This document shows positions 12,430 to 25,445 of a DNA stretch of 64,000 nucleotides, piece by piece. The stretch comes from Felis catus. Taxonomy: Eukaryota. The position numbers were made by a program, and so were the translations under genes. Positions within the stretch are counted from its first letter, which is position 1; each line of letters opens with the position of its first letter. The stretch lies in NCBI RefSeq assembly GCF_018350175.1, contig NC_058368.1, forward strand, positions 108,068,001-108,132,000, read 5' to 3'. Under the pieces are notes generated by a model. The model was given only the letters and a program-made list of their open reading frames with translations, did not search any database and was not told the origin of the DNA.

Positions 12430-13750
12430 TGCCCTGAGGAAACTTACTTATGGAGGTGAGAGACAGATGATAGGCAAAATTAACAAGTAAATTAGAAGGT
12501 GATAAGTAATGTGGAGAAAGATAAGGCAGGAAAGGGAGATAGGGAAGCTGGGAACAAAAAGGTGTTGCAATTTTAAATGTGATCAGGGAAGGTCTCACCA
12601 AGAAAGTGATAGTTGAGCAAAGACAAGGGTATGAGGGATCTAGACATACATATATGCAAGGGGAGAGTTTTCTCTTACAGCGAACTGCTAGTGCAAGGTT
12701 CCTAACACTGGCTCATGCCTACTGTCATGGAAGAAAGCCCAGTGACAGGAGGAAAGTGACTTGATATGATAGAAAGAGCTGGGGAGTAGATGCCAGGTTA
12801 TTTGGGCTATTACAAAGACTATGGTTTTCACTCTTATCAAAATGAGAGCCATTAGATGATTTTGAGAAGAGAAGTGATACCTGATTTTAAGTTTTAAAGA
12901 GCTCAGTTTGGCTTTTGTGCTGAGAATAGACTATGGGGCAGGGTTGATTGCAGGGATATGAATTAGAAGTCTGTTGAATAAATCTAGATAACAGGTGATA
13001 ATGGCTTAGACCACAGTGGCAGCAATGATAGTGGTGAGAAGGGGCACAATTCTGGGTATATTTTCATAGAGCTCATGGTGTTCTTTTTTTTTTTTTTTTT
13101 TTTTTTTCAACGTTTATTTATTTTTGGGACAGAGAGAGACAGAGCATGAACGGGGGAGGGGCAGAGAGAGAGGGACACACAGAATCAGAAACAGGCTCCA
13201 GGCTCTGAGCCATCAGCCCAGAGCCTGATGCGGGGCTCTAACTCACAGACCGCGAGATCGTGACCTGGCTGAAGTCGGACGCTTAACCGACTGCGCCACC
13301 CAGGCGCCCCAGAGCTCATGGTGTTCTTATGTTAAGTGAGACAACAAGGAGTCAGAGATAATTTCCAAGAGTTTTGGCCTGAGCAACTAGAAACACATTG
13401 TTGCCATCAACTACTATGGTTAAAAACAGACTAGGTTTGTGAAAAATCAGGAAATTAGTTTTAGACATGTATTGATTGAAATGCCTATTAGATATCCAAA
13501 TGGAGATACTAAGACATTAAATGTAACCTCTGTATTTCAAGAAATTGTCTGGGCTGGAAATACATATTTGGGAACCATTAATATAGATAAAGTACTTAAA
13601 ACCATAATACTGGATGAAATCACCAAGAAATTGAAGTTAGATAGAAAAGGAAAGTTGAGTCCTGGGATACTCCAGTGTTGGGGTTAAGGAGATAAAGAAC
13701 AACAAGCACCAGAGACAGTAAAATTTCCAGTAAGGTAGGAGGAAAACAAA
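12430..13750 (-). mobile_element. L2 (L2a-like) fragment
   Basis: Purine-rich L2 motifs: gttgcaattttaaatgtgatcagggaagg, ttttggcctgagcaactag, gaaatgcctattagatatccaaatggagat. Confidence 0.75.
13086..13310 (-). mobile_element. Young feline SINEC_Fc insertion
   Basis: CpG-rich body, pure poly-T tail and perfect 18-bp TSD agagctcatggtgttctt at 13068-13085 and 13311-13328. Confidence 0.95.
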
Positions 13751-13764
13751 AAGAAGGTAGAATA

Positions 13765-13970
13765 GAGGTTGGCAGACTGTGGCTCACAGAGAGTAAATTT
13801 GACCCACTGCCTTTTTTTGTAAGTAACATTTTATTGGAATACTACCACACTTGTCCATTTACATGTTTTCTATGGCTGCTTCCATACTATAATGCCATCA
13901 TTGAGTAATTTCATCCATAAAACCTAAAATTGCTATCCGTTCCCATACAGAACAAGTTTTTGACCCCGGG
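13765..13970. mobile_element. MER58A-like hAT-Charlie MITE
   Basis: ggttggcagactgtggc...ttttattggaatac...catttacatg...tttttgacccc. Confidence 0.75.
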
Positions 13971-14119
13971 TGTAGAGTCCTGGGAGCCAAGTGAAAAAAA
14001 TGTTTCATTGTAGAGGGAGTGATTGCAGTGTAATTGCAATTTAAAAATTCCAGTAGGATTTAGAAGCATGAAGGTGGTTTTGATCCCTTAGGCAAGAGAA
14101 TTTCAATGAAATAATTGGA

Positions 14120-16141
14120 GAAAGTTATGCTCATGTTGATTCTACCCAAATTGATCTTTAAATTCATTGTGATCACAGTTGAAATTGCTGTAGGATTTTT
14201 TGACGAACTAATAAAATTTACTCAGAAATTTATGAGAAATAATAAAGGTCCATAAATAGCTAAATCAGCTATAACAGAAGAGTAAAATTAGATATCCATA
14301 TGCAAAAAATGGAATTTTGATCCATACCTCACACTATATATAAAAATTCAAAATTTGTCATAGACTTAAATATAAAACCAAAACTGTAAAACTTCATAAA
14401 ATACAAGAGAAATTCTTTTTGGCTTTGGATTAGACACAGATTTCTTAGATATAACACAAAATGCACCATACATAAAGAAAAAATAAGCTGGACTTTATCA
14501 AAATTAAAAAACTTTGCTCTGTGAAAGGTAACTGTAAGAGAATGAAAAGATAACCCACAGACTGGGAAAAAATATTCACACATCATAAACTGATAAAGAA
14601 TTTGTATCCCAAATATATAAAGAACTCAAAATCAGGGAACAAGCTAATTTTTGAAACAGATAAATATTTGAAAAAATTATCAAGTTATCAAAAAAATTAA
14701 GTTATACGCACATGAAAAGATGCTCAACGTTAGTCACTAGAAATTAAAAGCACAATTAGATACTGCTATACACCTTTTCTGGTAGCTAAAATTAGAATGA
14801 GTGACCATACCACAGACTGACAAGGATCTAGAGGAACTGAAATCCCCATACATTGCTGGTGGGAATGCAAAATGGCTGAACAACTTTGAAAAACTACTAA
14901 GAAGTTAAACATATACTCCCAGTATAATCCAGGTATTTACATAAGAAAAATGAAAGCATTTATCCACGTGGAGACTTACTTATATTATATTGCACAAGAA
15001 AGGAAACCATCAACAAGATGAAAAGATAACCTATAGAATTGGAGAAAATATTTATAAAGCATATCTCATAAGGGGCTAATATCCAAAAATATATAAAGAA
15101 CTTAAGAGCAAGAAAAAAAACAACCCAACTTAAAAAACAGGCAGAGGATCTGAATGTTTTTCCAAAGAAGACATACAAATGGACAACAGGTACACAAAAA
15201 GGTGCTCAACATCACTGTTCAGTCAAATGCAAATCAAAGCCACAATGAGATACCACTTCATATCTCTTAGAATGGATATTATCAAAAAGACAAGAGTAAG
15301 TTTTGGTGAGAATGTGGACAAGAGGGAATCCTCGTACACTGTTGGTAGAATGTAAAATGGTGGAGCCACTCTGTAAAAACAGTATGGAAGTTTTGCAATA
15401 AATTAAAAATAAAACAACCATACAATCCAGCAATTCTATTTCTGGGTATTTATCCAAAGAAAATGAAAACACTAGCTCGAAAAGATATCTGTGCCCCATG
15501 TTCATTGTAGTGTATTTCCAGTAACCTAACTGTCTGTCAGTGTATGAATGGATAAAGAAAATGTGGTGCAGGTATTTATACTATATAGAGAGGAATTATT
15601 CAGCCATTAAAAAATAAAATCTTGCCATTTGCCACAACATGGATGGGCCCTGAGGACATTATGCTAAGTGAAATAAGTCTGAGAAAGACAAATAATGTGT
15701 GATCTCACTTATATGTGTACTCTGAAAACAAAAAGACTGAACTTATAGATACAGAGAACAGATTGGTAGTTGCCAGAGGCAAGGAGTAGGGGTGGACAAA
15801 ATGGGTAATCAAAGGTAGTCAAAAGGTACAACTTATAGTTGTAAAAAAAAATTAATCACAGGGATGTAATGTACAACATTGCATTAATTATATATATAAT
15901 ATATAAAAATTATATATGTATAAATTATAGATATATATATTATATAGTTATACATTAACTATAGTTAATAATATTGTATATTTCAAATATCCTAGGGAAG
16001 TAAATTTTTAAAATTCTCATCACGGGGCATCAGAGTGGCTCAGTCAGTGAAGCATCCCACTTTGGATTCCGGCTCAAGTCATGATCTCACCATCATGAAA
16101 TCAGTCTCCACGCTGAGCATGGAGACTGCTTGAGATTCTCT

Positions 16142-16199
<58 letters not shown>

Positions 16200-16932
16200 T
16201 GCCCCTCTCCCTGACTTGTGGGCTCTCTCTCTCAAAAAATTTTTTAATAAAATTAAGAAAATAAAAGTTCTCATCACAAGAAAAGATAGTGCAACTATGT
16301 GTGGTGGTGACTGTTAACTAGACTTACTGTTATTCTACTTATTGTTATTGTGATTATTTCACAATACATACAAATACTGAATCATTACATTGTACACCTG
16401 AAACTAATATGTCAATTATATCTCAATAAAATAAAACCTTATTTATAGCAACTTTATTTGTAATGGCCCCAAACTAGAAACAACCCAAATGTCCATGAAG
16501 CAGATGAATGAATAAATTTTGGTATATTCCTTTGGTACAAAGGAATACTTCTCTAGAATAAAAAGAAAGGAACTATTGCTACATGCAACGAATAGATGAA
16601 TCTCAAAATACTTTACTATAAGTGAAAGAAACCAGACAAAAACAAGTACATATTTTATGATACTGTTTATATAAAATTCTAGAAACTGCAAACTAATCCA
16701 TAGTGGTAGAAACCAGATCATTGGTTGCCAGAGGATGAGGGCATGGAGAGGGATGGTGGGAGGAATTCAAACCGTGTATGAGGAGACTTTGGAGGGTGAT
16801 GTATATGTTCATTTTCTTGATTGTAGTGATGATTTGATGGATGCATGCACATGTATGTACAAATTTCATGTGTACATTTTAAATATGTGTAGTTACCATA
16901 TGTCAGTTATAATAAAATAAAGCTGTTAAAAA
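14120..16932 (+). mobile_element. L1MB/MC-like ORF2-3' fragment containing a nested younger L1 (about 14985-16432), which itself carries a SINE (16024-16262)
   Basis: L1 ORF2 C-terminal and 3' UTR motifs occur twice in nested order. The outer element resumes at 16440; TSD-like agacttacttata / aaccttatttata. Confidence 0.8.
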
Positions 16933-17164
16933 ATACTATAAAGTCATAGTGATTCTAAGTGTAGTATTGGTGAAAAAACTGAAAAATGGTAGCAGTTGAC
17001 CAGAAGATAGAACACAGAGATAGACCCAAATAACCCTCTGAATGTATATACTTTCTTTATTCTATACATTCTTAATAGTTTTTTCAATGAGTATCGTGTC
17101 TGAAAGTATTTATTTTCAGCCTTTCCCTTGAATAAGTTTAGTTAGGTACAGAATTTTATGCTGA

Positions 17165-17387
17165 GGGGCACCTCGGTGGCTCAGTCAGTTAAGCGTCCCA
17201 CTTCAGCTCAGGTGATGATCTCAAGGTTCATGAGCTTGAGCCCCGCGACAGGCTCTGTGCTGACAGCTCAGAGCCTTTAGCCTGCTTGGGATTCTGTGCC
17301 TCCCTCTCTTTCTGCCCCTCCCCCATTCATGCTCTGTCTCTGTCTCTATCAAAAACAAATAAACATTTAAAAAAAAATTTTTTTTTA
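17165..17387 (+). mobile_element. SINEC_Fc-type SINE within an old antisense L1 relic
   Basis: TSD agaattttatg(c/t)tg. Confidence 0.9.
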
Positions 17388-18722
17388 AGAATTTTATGTT
17401 GGCACCTTTTTCCTTAGCACTTCACAGATGGTGTTGTCTTTTAACCTCATTTTACTGCTGAGACATTTATTAGCAATCTAATTGCAGTCCCTTTTGGCTA
17501 ATCTGTCCTTTCTTTATGATTGATTTTAAGACTTCTGTGTTTTCTTTGGTATTCTAGGTAGAGATTTTATTTTTGTTTATCCTACTCAACTTTGGTGTAC
17601 TTCATCTTTCTGAAGATTCATGTCATGCTTCAATTTTGGAAATTTTTCATCCCCTATATTTTCATTAACTCACAAACATTCTCTACAGTTTTTTGCTTAG
17701 TGGGGGCTCCTATTAGGCATCTCTCATTGTGCTTCATTCTGGTACTTTGCTCAGTTTTACTGGTTTAGTATCTGCTCCAGTTCACTATCACTTTCTTCAT
17801 CAGTATCTGATCTGTTGTTTATTAACACCCATGCATTTCTCTTGTAATTTCAGTGACTATTTTTCATTTCTAGTCATAATGTTTGGTTTTTATATTAAAT
17901 ACACTATTCCTTTTGCACAGTGATTTGTTCTGTAATCCTAGTTCTTTATATCTTTCATCATTTAAAAATAATAATTTTATAGTCTCTCTCAGAATATTCT
18001 ATCATCTGTCTGGATTGTCAATACTCCTTTTTGTTATTGACAGTCTTTCCTCATGTGTCTTATAATTTTTTGATAATGTGTATATCTTGAATGGCAATTG
18101 TTATTTCTCTTATGATCAAATGTGGAGTTGTAAATTATGGGAGCGTTCCTCCAAAGAGATTTTATGCATGACTTTGCCAGGTACCCCAAGAGTAACTTGG
18201 AGATTTCCATTCCACTCAGGTCATTTAGAATTGATCCTGAATCAGTGAATGGCATGGTGATTTTCTTCTCTCACCAGTGATTTTTTTCCCCCACCCAGAG
18301 TCCCTGGATCTTTGCTCTCTCTCTCTGGCCTTATAAATAGTTTTTCAGTCCTCTTTCATGGTACTTTGAAGGGGACTTGCTTTATACGAGATCTCAGTTC
18401 TACTCCTTGTTACACCCAAGTCCAGGGACTCATCACCTGTGATATGCTGGAAATAAAATCTAAGCCTCTAGCTATTAAGTAAGGTCTATTTCCAGGTCAC
18501 CTCACAGCCTTTTAGGCTACCTCAGTGTCACCTTACGATTACAATCTGCTTTGACTTTCAGTTCTCTTTTCTTTCTAGCAAATGGGAATTTCTTTTCATT
18601 TCCTATGAGCTCAGCCATGTAATATAAGTCAGAATGCAAAGAAATGCTAAAAGAGTAATGATGTAATGTTAAAAGGACCCACAAGCCAGAGTGAAGGAAC
18701 TCTTCAGTCAAATTTGGGACAG

Positions 18723-18949
18723 TTTTTTTTTTTTTTTTAATGTTTATTTATTTTTGAGAGACAGAGAAAGACATAGTGTGGGCAGGGAAAGGGCAGAGAG
18801 AGAGAGAGAGGGAGACACAGAATCCGAAGCAGGCTCCAGGCTCCGAGCTGTCAGCGCAGAGCCCGACGCGGGGCTTAAACCCACAAACCGCAAGATCATG
18901 ACCTGAGCTGAAGTTGGATACTTAACTAACTGAGCTACCCAGGAGCTCC
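18723..18949 (-). mobile_element. SINEC_Fc-type SINE
   Basis: TSD aa(a/g)tttgggaca. Confidence 0.9.
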
Positions 18950-19028
18950 AAGTTTGGGACAATTTATGGGTCAAAAATAACAATTATACTATAATGGACT
19001 TATACATAAATTAAAAATAAAATATTCT

Positions 19029-19389
19029 GGGGCACCTGGGTGGCTCAAGTAGGTTGATTATCTGACTCTTGATCTCAGGGTTCTGAGTTTGAGTCCTATG
19101 TTGGGTATGGAAACTACTTTAAAAAATAAAATAAAAATAAATAAAAATTTTATTTTTTATTTATTTTTTTTATTAAAATTTTTTTTAACATTTATTCATT
19201 TTTGAGAGACAGAGAGAGACAGAGCATGAGTGGGAAAGGGGCAGAGAGAGGGAGACACAGAATCTGAAGTAGGCTCCAGGCTCTGAGCTGTCAGCACAGA
19301 GCCCGATGTGGGGCTCGAACTCACAAACTGTGAGATCCTGACCTGAGCCGAAGTCGGATGCTTAACCAACTGAACCACCCAGGCGCCCC
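19029..19389. mobile_element. Tail-to-tail SINE pair: short old SINE (+, 19029-19146) and SINEC_Fc (-, about 19170-19389)
   Basis: Opposing heads; TSD aaataaaaatttta indicates insertion into the older A tail. Confidence 0.85.
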
Positions 19390-19663
19390 TAAATAAAAAT
19401 TTTAAAATGAAATAACCCATGAGTTCATTAAGACAGTCAAAGAGGGGAAGAAGGAAAAAAGGTGAGGTTTGGAGGGCTTTTTTGTTTTTTTAAGCAGACT
19501 GAACTTTTCTTTAGCTTTGAAATTTTTCAAAATTAAAAGTTGAAGTTAATTGAAATTGAATCTCATTCAGCATTTTGTTGGTGGAATGGTGAAATTCTGT
19601 ATTGGCTTTAATTCACATGTTGCCTGAGAATTCCAGATACTTTTTCTAGGAACAAACAGGTTT

Positions 19664-19784
19664 CTTTTTTTTTTTTTTTTAAGATTTTGTTTTTAAGCAA
19701 TCTCTATACCTAAAGTGAAGTTTGAACCCACAACCCTGATACCAAGGGTTGCATGCTCCATTGACTGAGTCAGCCAGGTGCCCC
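19664..19784 (-). mobile_element. Short old CanSINE
   Basis: tRNA-like head, T tail, TSD aacaaaca(g/a)gtt. Confidence 0.8.
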
Positions 19785-20266
19785 AGAAACAAACAAGTTC
19801 CTAAAATGTTAATCCAATTGTCTGAGAATCCAATGTTAATATCTCAAGGCTTCTGAGTATAAGGAATCTTATTCAATGAAATGTGATTCAGGCCTTCAGT
19901 TTATGAATCTTTTTCCTGCTATAATCCTTTTCCTAATTTCAACTGAATGCGATCTTTTTTATTTTTTCAACCAACAATAACTGAATTGCTCAGGGTCAAT
20001 CTGAAAGATAGGTGCTAGAGATTCAAAGACAAGACAATCTATCAGGGAAGACCAGCAAGGAAGGAGGCAGTTGGAGCGTAATTACTGCTATATAGGGATT
20101 AAAAAGTTCTAAGTATATAAAAAGTAATTTATTAGAAAGTGGTTGGTAAAATACAATAAATACATAAGATGACGTGCTTTTAATATCTTAAAGAAGTAAA
20201 CAGTTATAAAATAACTCACAGCTAACACTATTTTTAAAATATCAATTAGAATGAAAAAAGTAGGAC

Positions 20267-20738
20267 TTTTAAAAAAAATTTAACGTTTATTTTTATTTAT
20301 TTATTTATTTTTAATTTTTTTTTTTAATGTTTATTTATTTTTGAGAGAGACAGAGACAGAATGCGAGTGGGTTGGGGCAGAGAGAGAAGGAGGCACAGAA
20401 TCCGGATCAGGCTCCAGGCTCTGAGCTGTCAGCACAGAGCCTGATGTGGCACTCAAACTCACGAGCTGTGAGATCATGACCCGAGCTGAAGTCAGATGCT
20501 CAACCGAATGAGCTACTCAGGTGCCACTGTTTATTTTTATTTTTGACATAGAGAGAGAGCGCGCACGCGCGCGAGCATGAGTGGGGGAGGGGCAGAGACA
20601 GGGAGACAGAATCCGAAGCAGGCTCCAGGCTCCGAGCTGTCAGCACAGAGCCGGATGCGGGGCTCGAACTCACAAACCACGAGATTATGACCTGAGCTGA
20701 AGTAGGTGGCTTAACTGACGGAGCCACCCAGGCACCCC
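20267..20738 (-). mobile_element. Two tandem/nested SINEC_Fc copies
   Basis: Two complete antisense bodies ending at 20525 and 20738. Confidence 0.88.
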
Positions 20739-20856
20739 AGGATTTTGTTTCCAAGAGAGGACAACTTTGCGAGATCTTAAGCTTTCTGCCACAAATCGCT
20801 TTATGTAGCATTTTTCATCCTCTTATATTTTGCTCTGGTAACAGTGAAGGTACTAC

Positions 20857-21257
20857 TGTCATAGATAAGATTCCCAGAGAAACAGACTGTGCAGGTAGGA
20901 GATTTAAGTTAAGGAGTATTCTCAGGAATAACCCCTTTGAGGGAGTATGGGAGACTTGATGGAGAGAGCTGTGGAATTAGCACACAGCTGCAAAGGAGGC
21001 CAGGAGATGAACTGGCCTTCAGAATTGTGCTGAGCTGAGGCAAGGGGACCAGACTTGCCTTTCCTGGCTTCAGCAGTCATTGAGGACAGGCAGATCCAGG
21101 TGAAGAGGCATAACCTGACTGAGGCAATTCCCTTCAATCGAACAACTAGCAAGAGCAATAGTTGTGAACCCTCAGCAGTCAGCACTCCCAGGAGCTAGGG
21201 AAATGAATGACTCCTTCTGAAGGAGACATCTGGTCAGTGCACAGAATCTGCTATACC
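20857..21257 (-). mobile_element. ERVL solo LTR (LTR16-like)
   Basis: Terminus tgtcatagataagattcccagagaaacagactgtg...ggagatttaag is typical of antisense LTR16-group LTRs. Confidence 0.5.
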
Positions 21258-21656
21258 AAATAAGGCCTTTCCATAATTAGCTCATACTTCTTGAGCAGGA
21301 AAAGCACAACTCTAAAGCTGAGCGTTTTCCCTTCTGGGAAGTAAGTATCCCAGAGACCGTTTGTTACCTATTCAGACCAAAAGAAGAGAGCAAGCCCACT
21401 AGAAAAGAGCTAATCACATGCTGAGATTCAAGGTGAATTCATTCATGGAGTCATTTATTCATTCATTCATTCAATAAATGTCTATCTAGGATCACCTGAA
21501 GAAAAACCTACCAAAATGGGAGGAGACTGGGTTCTAGTCACAGCCCTGTCACTGAAAATGGGATCTTTGAGCAAATCATTTATCATCCCTGGACTTGTGT
21601 TTCTTTTCCTATACAATGAGATGTGTGGACTAGATTATTAGAAATATTTTAGTTGT

Positions 21657-21917
21657 GGGGACACCTGGATGGCTCAGTCAGTTAAGCATCCGACTTTGAC
21701 TCAGGTCATGATCTCGTGGTCCATGAGTTGGAGCCCCGCATATTGACTCTTGATTTATGGCTCGAGTCATGATCTGGTAGTCGTGGGATCAAGCCCTGCA
21801 TTGGCTCAGTGCGGAGTGTGGAGCCTGCTTGGGATTCTGTCACTCTTCCTCTCTCCCACTCTCCCCTGTATTCGCTAGCTTGTTCTCTCTCTCTCACAGT
21901 CTCAAAAATAAAAATAA
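21657..21917 (+). mobile_element. Double-headed CanSINE inserted at the edge of an MLT1-like LTR (about 21640-22390)
   Basis: 17-bp TSD agaaatattttagttgt at 21640-21656 and 21918-21934. Confidence 0.85.
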
Positions 21918-22514
21918 AGAAATATTTTAGTTGTGATTAACAGAAACTCCCTTTACCTAGCTTGAGAGAAAAGGGAGAAAGAGAGGAGGCAATAGGTTTA
22001 AAGAATAAATCTGCCTCTCATAGAAGCTGGATTGAAGCTGAGCTATAGGAGCAGACTGGAGTGCTTTAGGCGATCCAGGGATGCCCTCCACCCCAGCCTC
22101 TGCACCTACTTCATTCTTTCCTACTGCTGCAGTCACTGTTTTTCAGTTCACACGAGGGAGATAATAAAATAGCAGCTCTTCTGTTTTCATTTCCTGTATT
22201 CAAGAGAGTAGCCACACCCAGGCTAAAATCCCTTGGTCTGAGTTCCAGATTGTCTGAGAACAGTGCTTGTTGGCCTTATTTGTATGAAGGAAACAACCTC
22301 TGATTCAAATAACTGTGGCTAAGTGAGGAACCTGGTGGAGAGAGAAGTTTCCAGAAAATATTTTAGGACAGTGTTCCATGACAGCCAACTTGTACACTGC
22401 TGTTGACACTAAAATCCTATGATTTGATTAAGCAATTACCTAAGTGAAATTTGATTCACTTTCCACTGATTCTTAAATGATGCTTTAAACTGTCATTTAA
22501 CAATTATGGTGGTT

Positions 22515-23066
22515 GGGGAGCCTGGGTGGCTCAGCTGGTTAAGCGTCCAACTTCGGTTCAGGTCATGATCTCATGGTTTATGAGTTCAAGACCTGCATCA
22601 GGGCTTAGGACTCTCTCTCTCCCTCTCCCCCCACTTATGTTCTCTCTCTCAAAATAAATAAGTAAACTTAAAAAAAGTATGGCAGTTAATTAAAATACAC
22701 AAATTGTGAATGGGAATTTGACAATTCAATGAGGGAGGTTGAAACCTAATTCTCTGAGCAAAATGCATTGACAACTTCACTGTTCTATTTAGACCCATAC
22801 AAAACTGACAGTGTTTACCTGGTAATAAAATATCAAGAAATGCAAAAATAATGTTTTCAGAAGAGGAATGTGAATGTTTAAAACACCTGGACTAAAGATG
22901 TTTTTTCTTTTTTAATTTTTAAAAATGTTTATATATTTTTGAAGGAAAGAGAGACAGAATGTGAGCTGGGGAGAGGCAGAGAAAGAGAGAGGGAGACACA
23001 GAATCTGAAGCAGGCTCCAGGCTCTGAGCTGTCAGCACTTAACCAACTGAGCCACCCAGGTGCCCC
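22515..23066. mobile_element. Two internally deleted CanSINEs (22515-22676 +; 22909-23066 -)
   Basis: SINE heads and tails; TSD aagatgttttttctt around the second. Confidence 0.85.
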
Positions 23067-23674
23067 TAAGATGTTTTTTCTTGATTTGTGATTGGTGTGT
23101 GGCTTAAACCAATTTCTGATATTTATTTACAATGAAGGTTATATTCTATAACCAGGAGTGTAGCTGTCATTAAGAGTTTGTGAAGTGATTGACAGAAAGG
23201 GGCTATAGACGTGGGGTGAGGATACAGTCTTTAGGTAGAGAACACAATTCATTTGCACTAAAATAGTACTTTGTGCAAACTTCCCTGATCTTCGGGTCCC
23301 CAAAACTGCCAATGAAATGACCTGACTTGGGGCATGATTCAATTAGGTCCTCAATAATTCCATTCCCTCTCATATTAGGGAACTTTATACCACATTAATC
23401 CTTCCAAACCATTCTGAAAACACTCACTAAATGACTGCACAGGGAAGATTCACTGGAGAAGTTGATATTGATTCACTCAGTCTTATCTTAAATACTCATG
23501 AAACACCTAAGGGGTAGCTCAGACTGGGTGAATCAATATCAACTCCTGTGAACAACCCCGAAGCAGGATCAGGGCATCTGTCTGCCAAAGGTCTATTCCT
23601 ATATCAGGTTTTCACTGATACAAGGAAATAGAAAAATTACATAATTATTTGGTAATTTGGTCACCATCTAGAGT

Positions 23675-24040
23675 ATGAGTTGGCAAACTATGGCCATCAG
23701 GCCAAATCTAGCCCTCCACCTAGTTTTGCAAATAAAGTTTGACTGGAATACTACCAGGCCCATTCATTTACATGTCGTCTGTAGCTATATTTTTTTTGTT
23801 TGTTTTGTTTTTTGCTATAGCAGCACACTGTAGGAGCAGTGAGTAGTTGGGACAGGAATTATATGACCCAGAAAGTCTAAAATAATATTTACAAGCTTAT
23901 TTTGTTTTTCATGTAATTTCTACACCTAACATGGGGCTTGACCTGATGACCCGAAGATCAAGAATTGCTTGCTCTACTGACTGAGTCAGCCAAGTGCCCC
24001 TACTATCTTGTTCTTTACATAAACAATTTGCCAACCCAAG
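23675..24040. mobile_element. MER58A-like MITE interrupted by a short SINE (about 23895-24000)
   Basis: TIR-like gttggcaaact...tttgccaac; internal gccaaatctagcc...aaataaagttt. Confidence 0.75.
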
Positions 24041-24229
24041 TCTAAAGATAAGTTAATTTTCTTATATTATCTGTATTGGCAATCCAGAGCATTCCAAATT
24101 ATTCACACGATTATATACAGTTCTTTTAAAGACTTATGTTTTCGAATGTGCCTTCTCATATAGGCCTGTGTCAAAAGTATGAGTGAGAAAATATGTTCTC
24201 AATAAATGGTAGTGGGTGAGTAGGATATT

Positions 24230-25135
24230 AATAGAAAAAAAACTATTGGACCATATCTCACACCATACTAAAAAATCCACTCGAAATGTTGTGTAGATAT
24301 AAACATAAAAGAGAAAACAAAGTTTTTAAAGGAAAAATAGAATATCTTTATGACTTTGGGGTACGCAAGAATTTCTTGGACACAAATATCAATCATAAGG
24401 GAAAAGTGATCATTTGGGCTATGTTAAACTTAAGAACCTCTTTGCCAAAGACACATTAAGAAAACGAATAGGCAGATTACAGAGTGAAAGAAGATATTTG
24501 CAGTACATATATCTGATTCACATCCAGAATGTGTAAAGAATTCCTCCAAATCAGTATAAAAAGATATAACATTAGAAAAATGGGCATAAGACTTGAATAG
24601 ATCTCCACATCTCCAAAAGGGGATTCTAATTAGTCAATTAACCTGAAAAAAAGGTATTCAACTATATTACTCATCATGGAAATGGAAAATACAAGGGGAA
24701 GGCAATATCACTACATGCCCACCAGAATGACTAACATGTAAATAACAGATAATAACAAGAGTTGACAAGGATGTGGAGCATCTGGAGCTTTCATATGTTG
24801 CTGACCACAGTGCAAATTGGACCAACTTTGGAATTCTGTTTGTCAGTGTTTACTAAAGCTGGACATATCCTATGGCATATCCTGTGACCCAACGTTTGTA
24901 CTTTGAGTTATGGAACTATGTTTACCAAAGACATACAAATATGGTTACTAATATTTTAGCCCAAACTGGAAACAAGCTATTAAAGTATTGCTAATGCTCG
25001 GTATTTTGATTAAAGTGGAGGATTGCACAGTGTTTACTTTGTGAAAATTCATTGAGCTTACGCACTTGGAATTTGTGTGCTTTTTCTGTATACATGTATA
25101 TTATGCTAACAATAAAGATTTTCACTTAAAAAGAA
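24230..25135 (+). mobile_element. Old L1 (L1ME-like) ORF2/3' fragment
   Basis: ccatatctcacaccatac...gacaaggatgtggagca...tttactttgtgaaaattcattgagc...aataaag. Confidence 0.75.
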
Positions 25136-25331
25136 AGTGAAAAAAACAAACAAACCATGCAGTTTACATTAAATCCTTACTCCCTCCCTGTGATCTTGGC
25201 ATAGTTACTTGAACACAACACGTATATGAAACACACAAAAAAATTTTGTTCCTGGTAATGGTATAAATTAAACAAGTAAGTAAAGCCCACAATTCTGTTA
25301 TATTTCAAGATTTAAAAACTATCAACTACCA

Positions 25332-25445
25332 GGGCACCTGGTTGGCTCAGTCAGTAGAGCCTGCGACTCTTGATCTTAAGGTTGTGAGTTTGAGCCCCAC
25401 ATTGGGGTAAAGATTACTTAAAAATAAAATCTTTTAAAAAATAAT
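25332..25445 (+). mobile_element. Short old CanSINE
   Basis: gggcacctggttggctcagtcagtagagc head and A tail. Confidence 0.8.

Noticed and set aside
14120..16932. Possible intact L1 ORF2 / reverse transcriptase
   Set aside because: 5'-truncated, nested and disrupted by stops and frameshifts; no long + strand ORF.
19121..19175. AT-rich palindrome
   Set aside because: Explained by an antisense SINE tail inserted into a sense SINE A tail.
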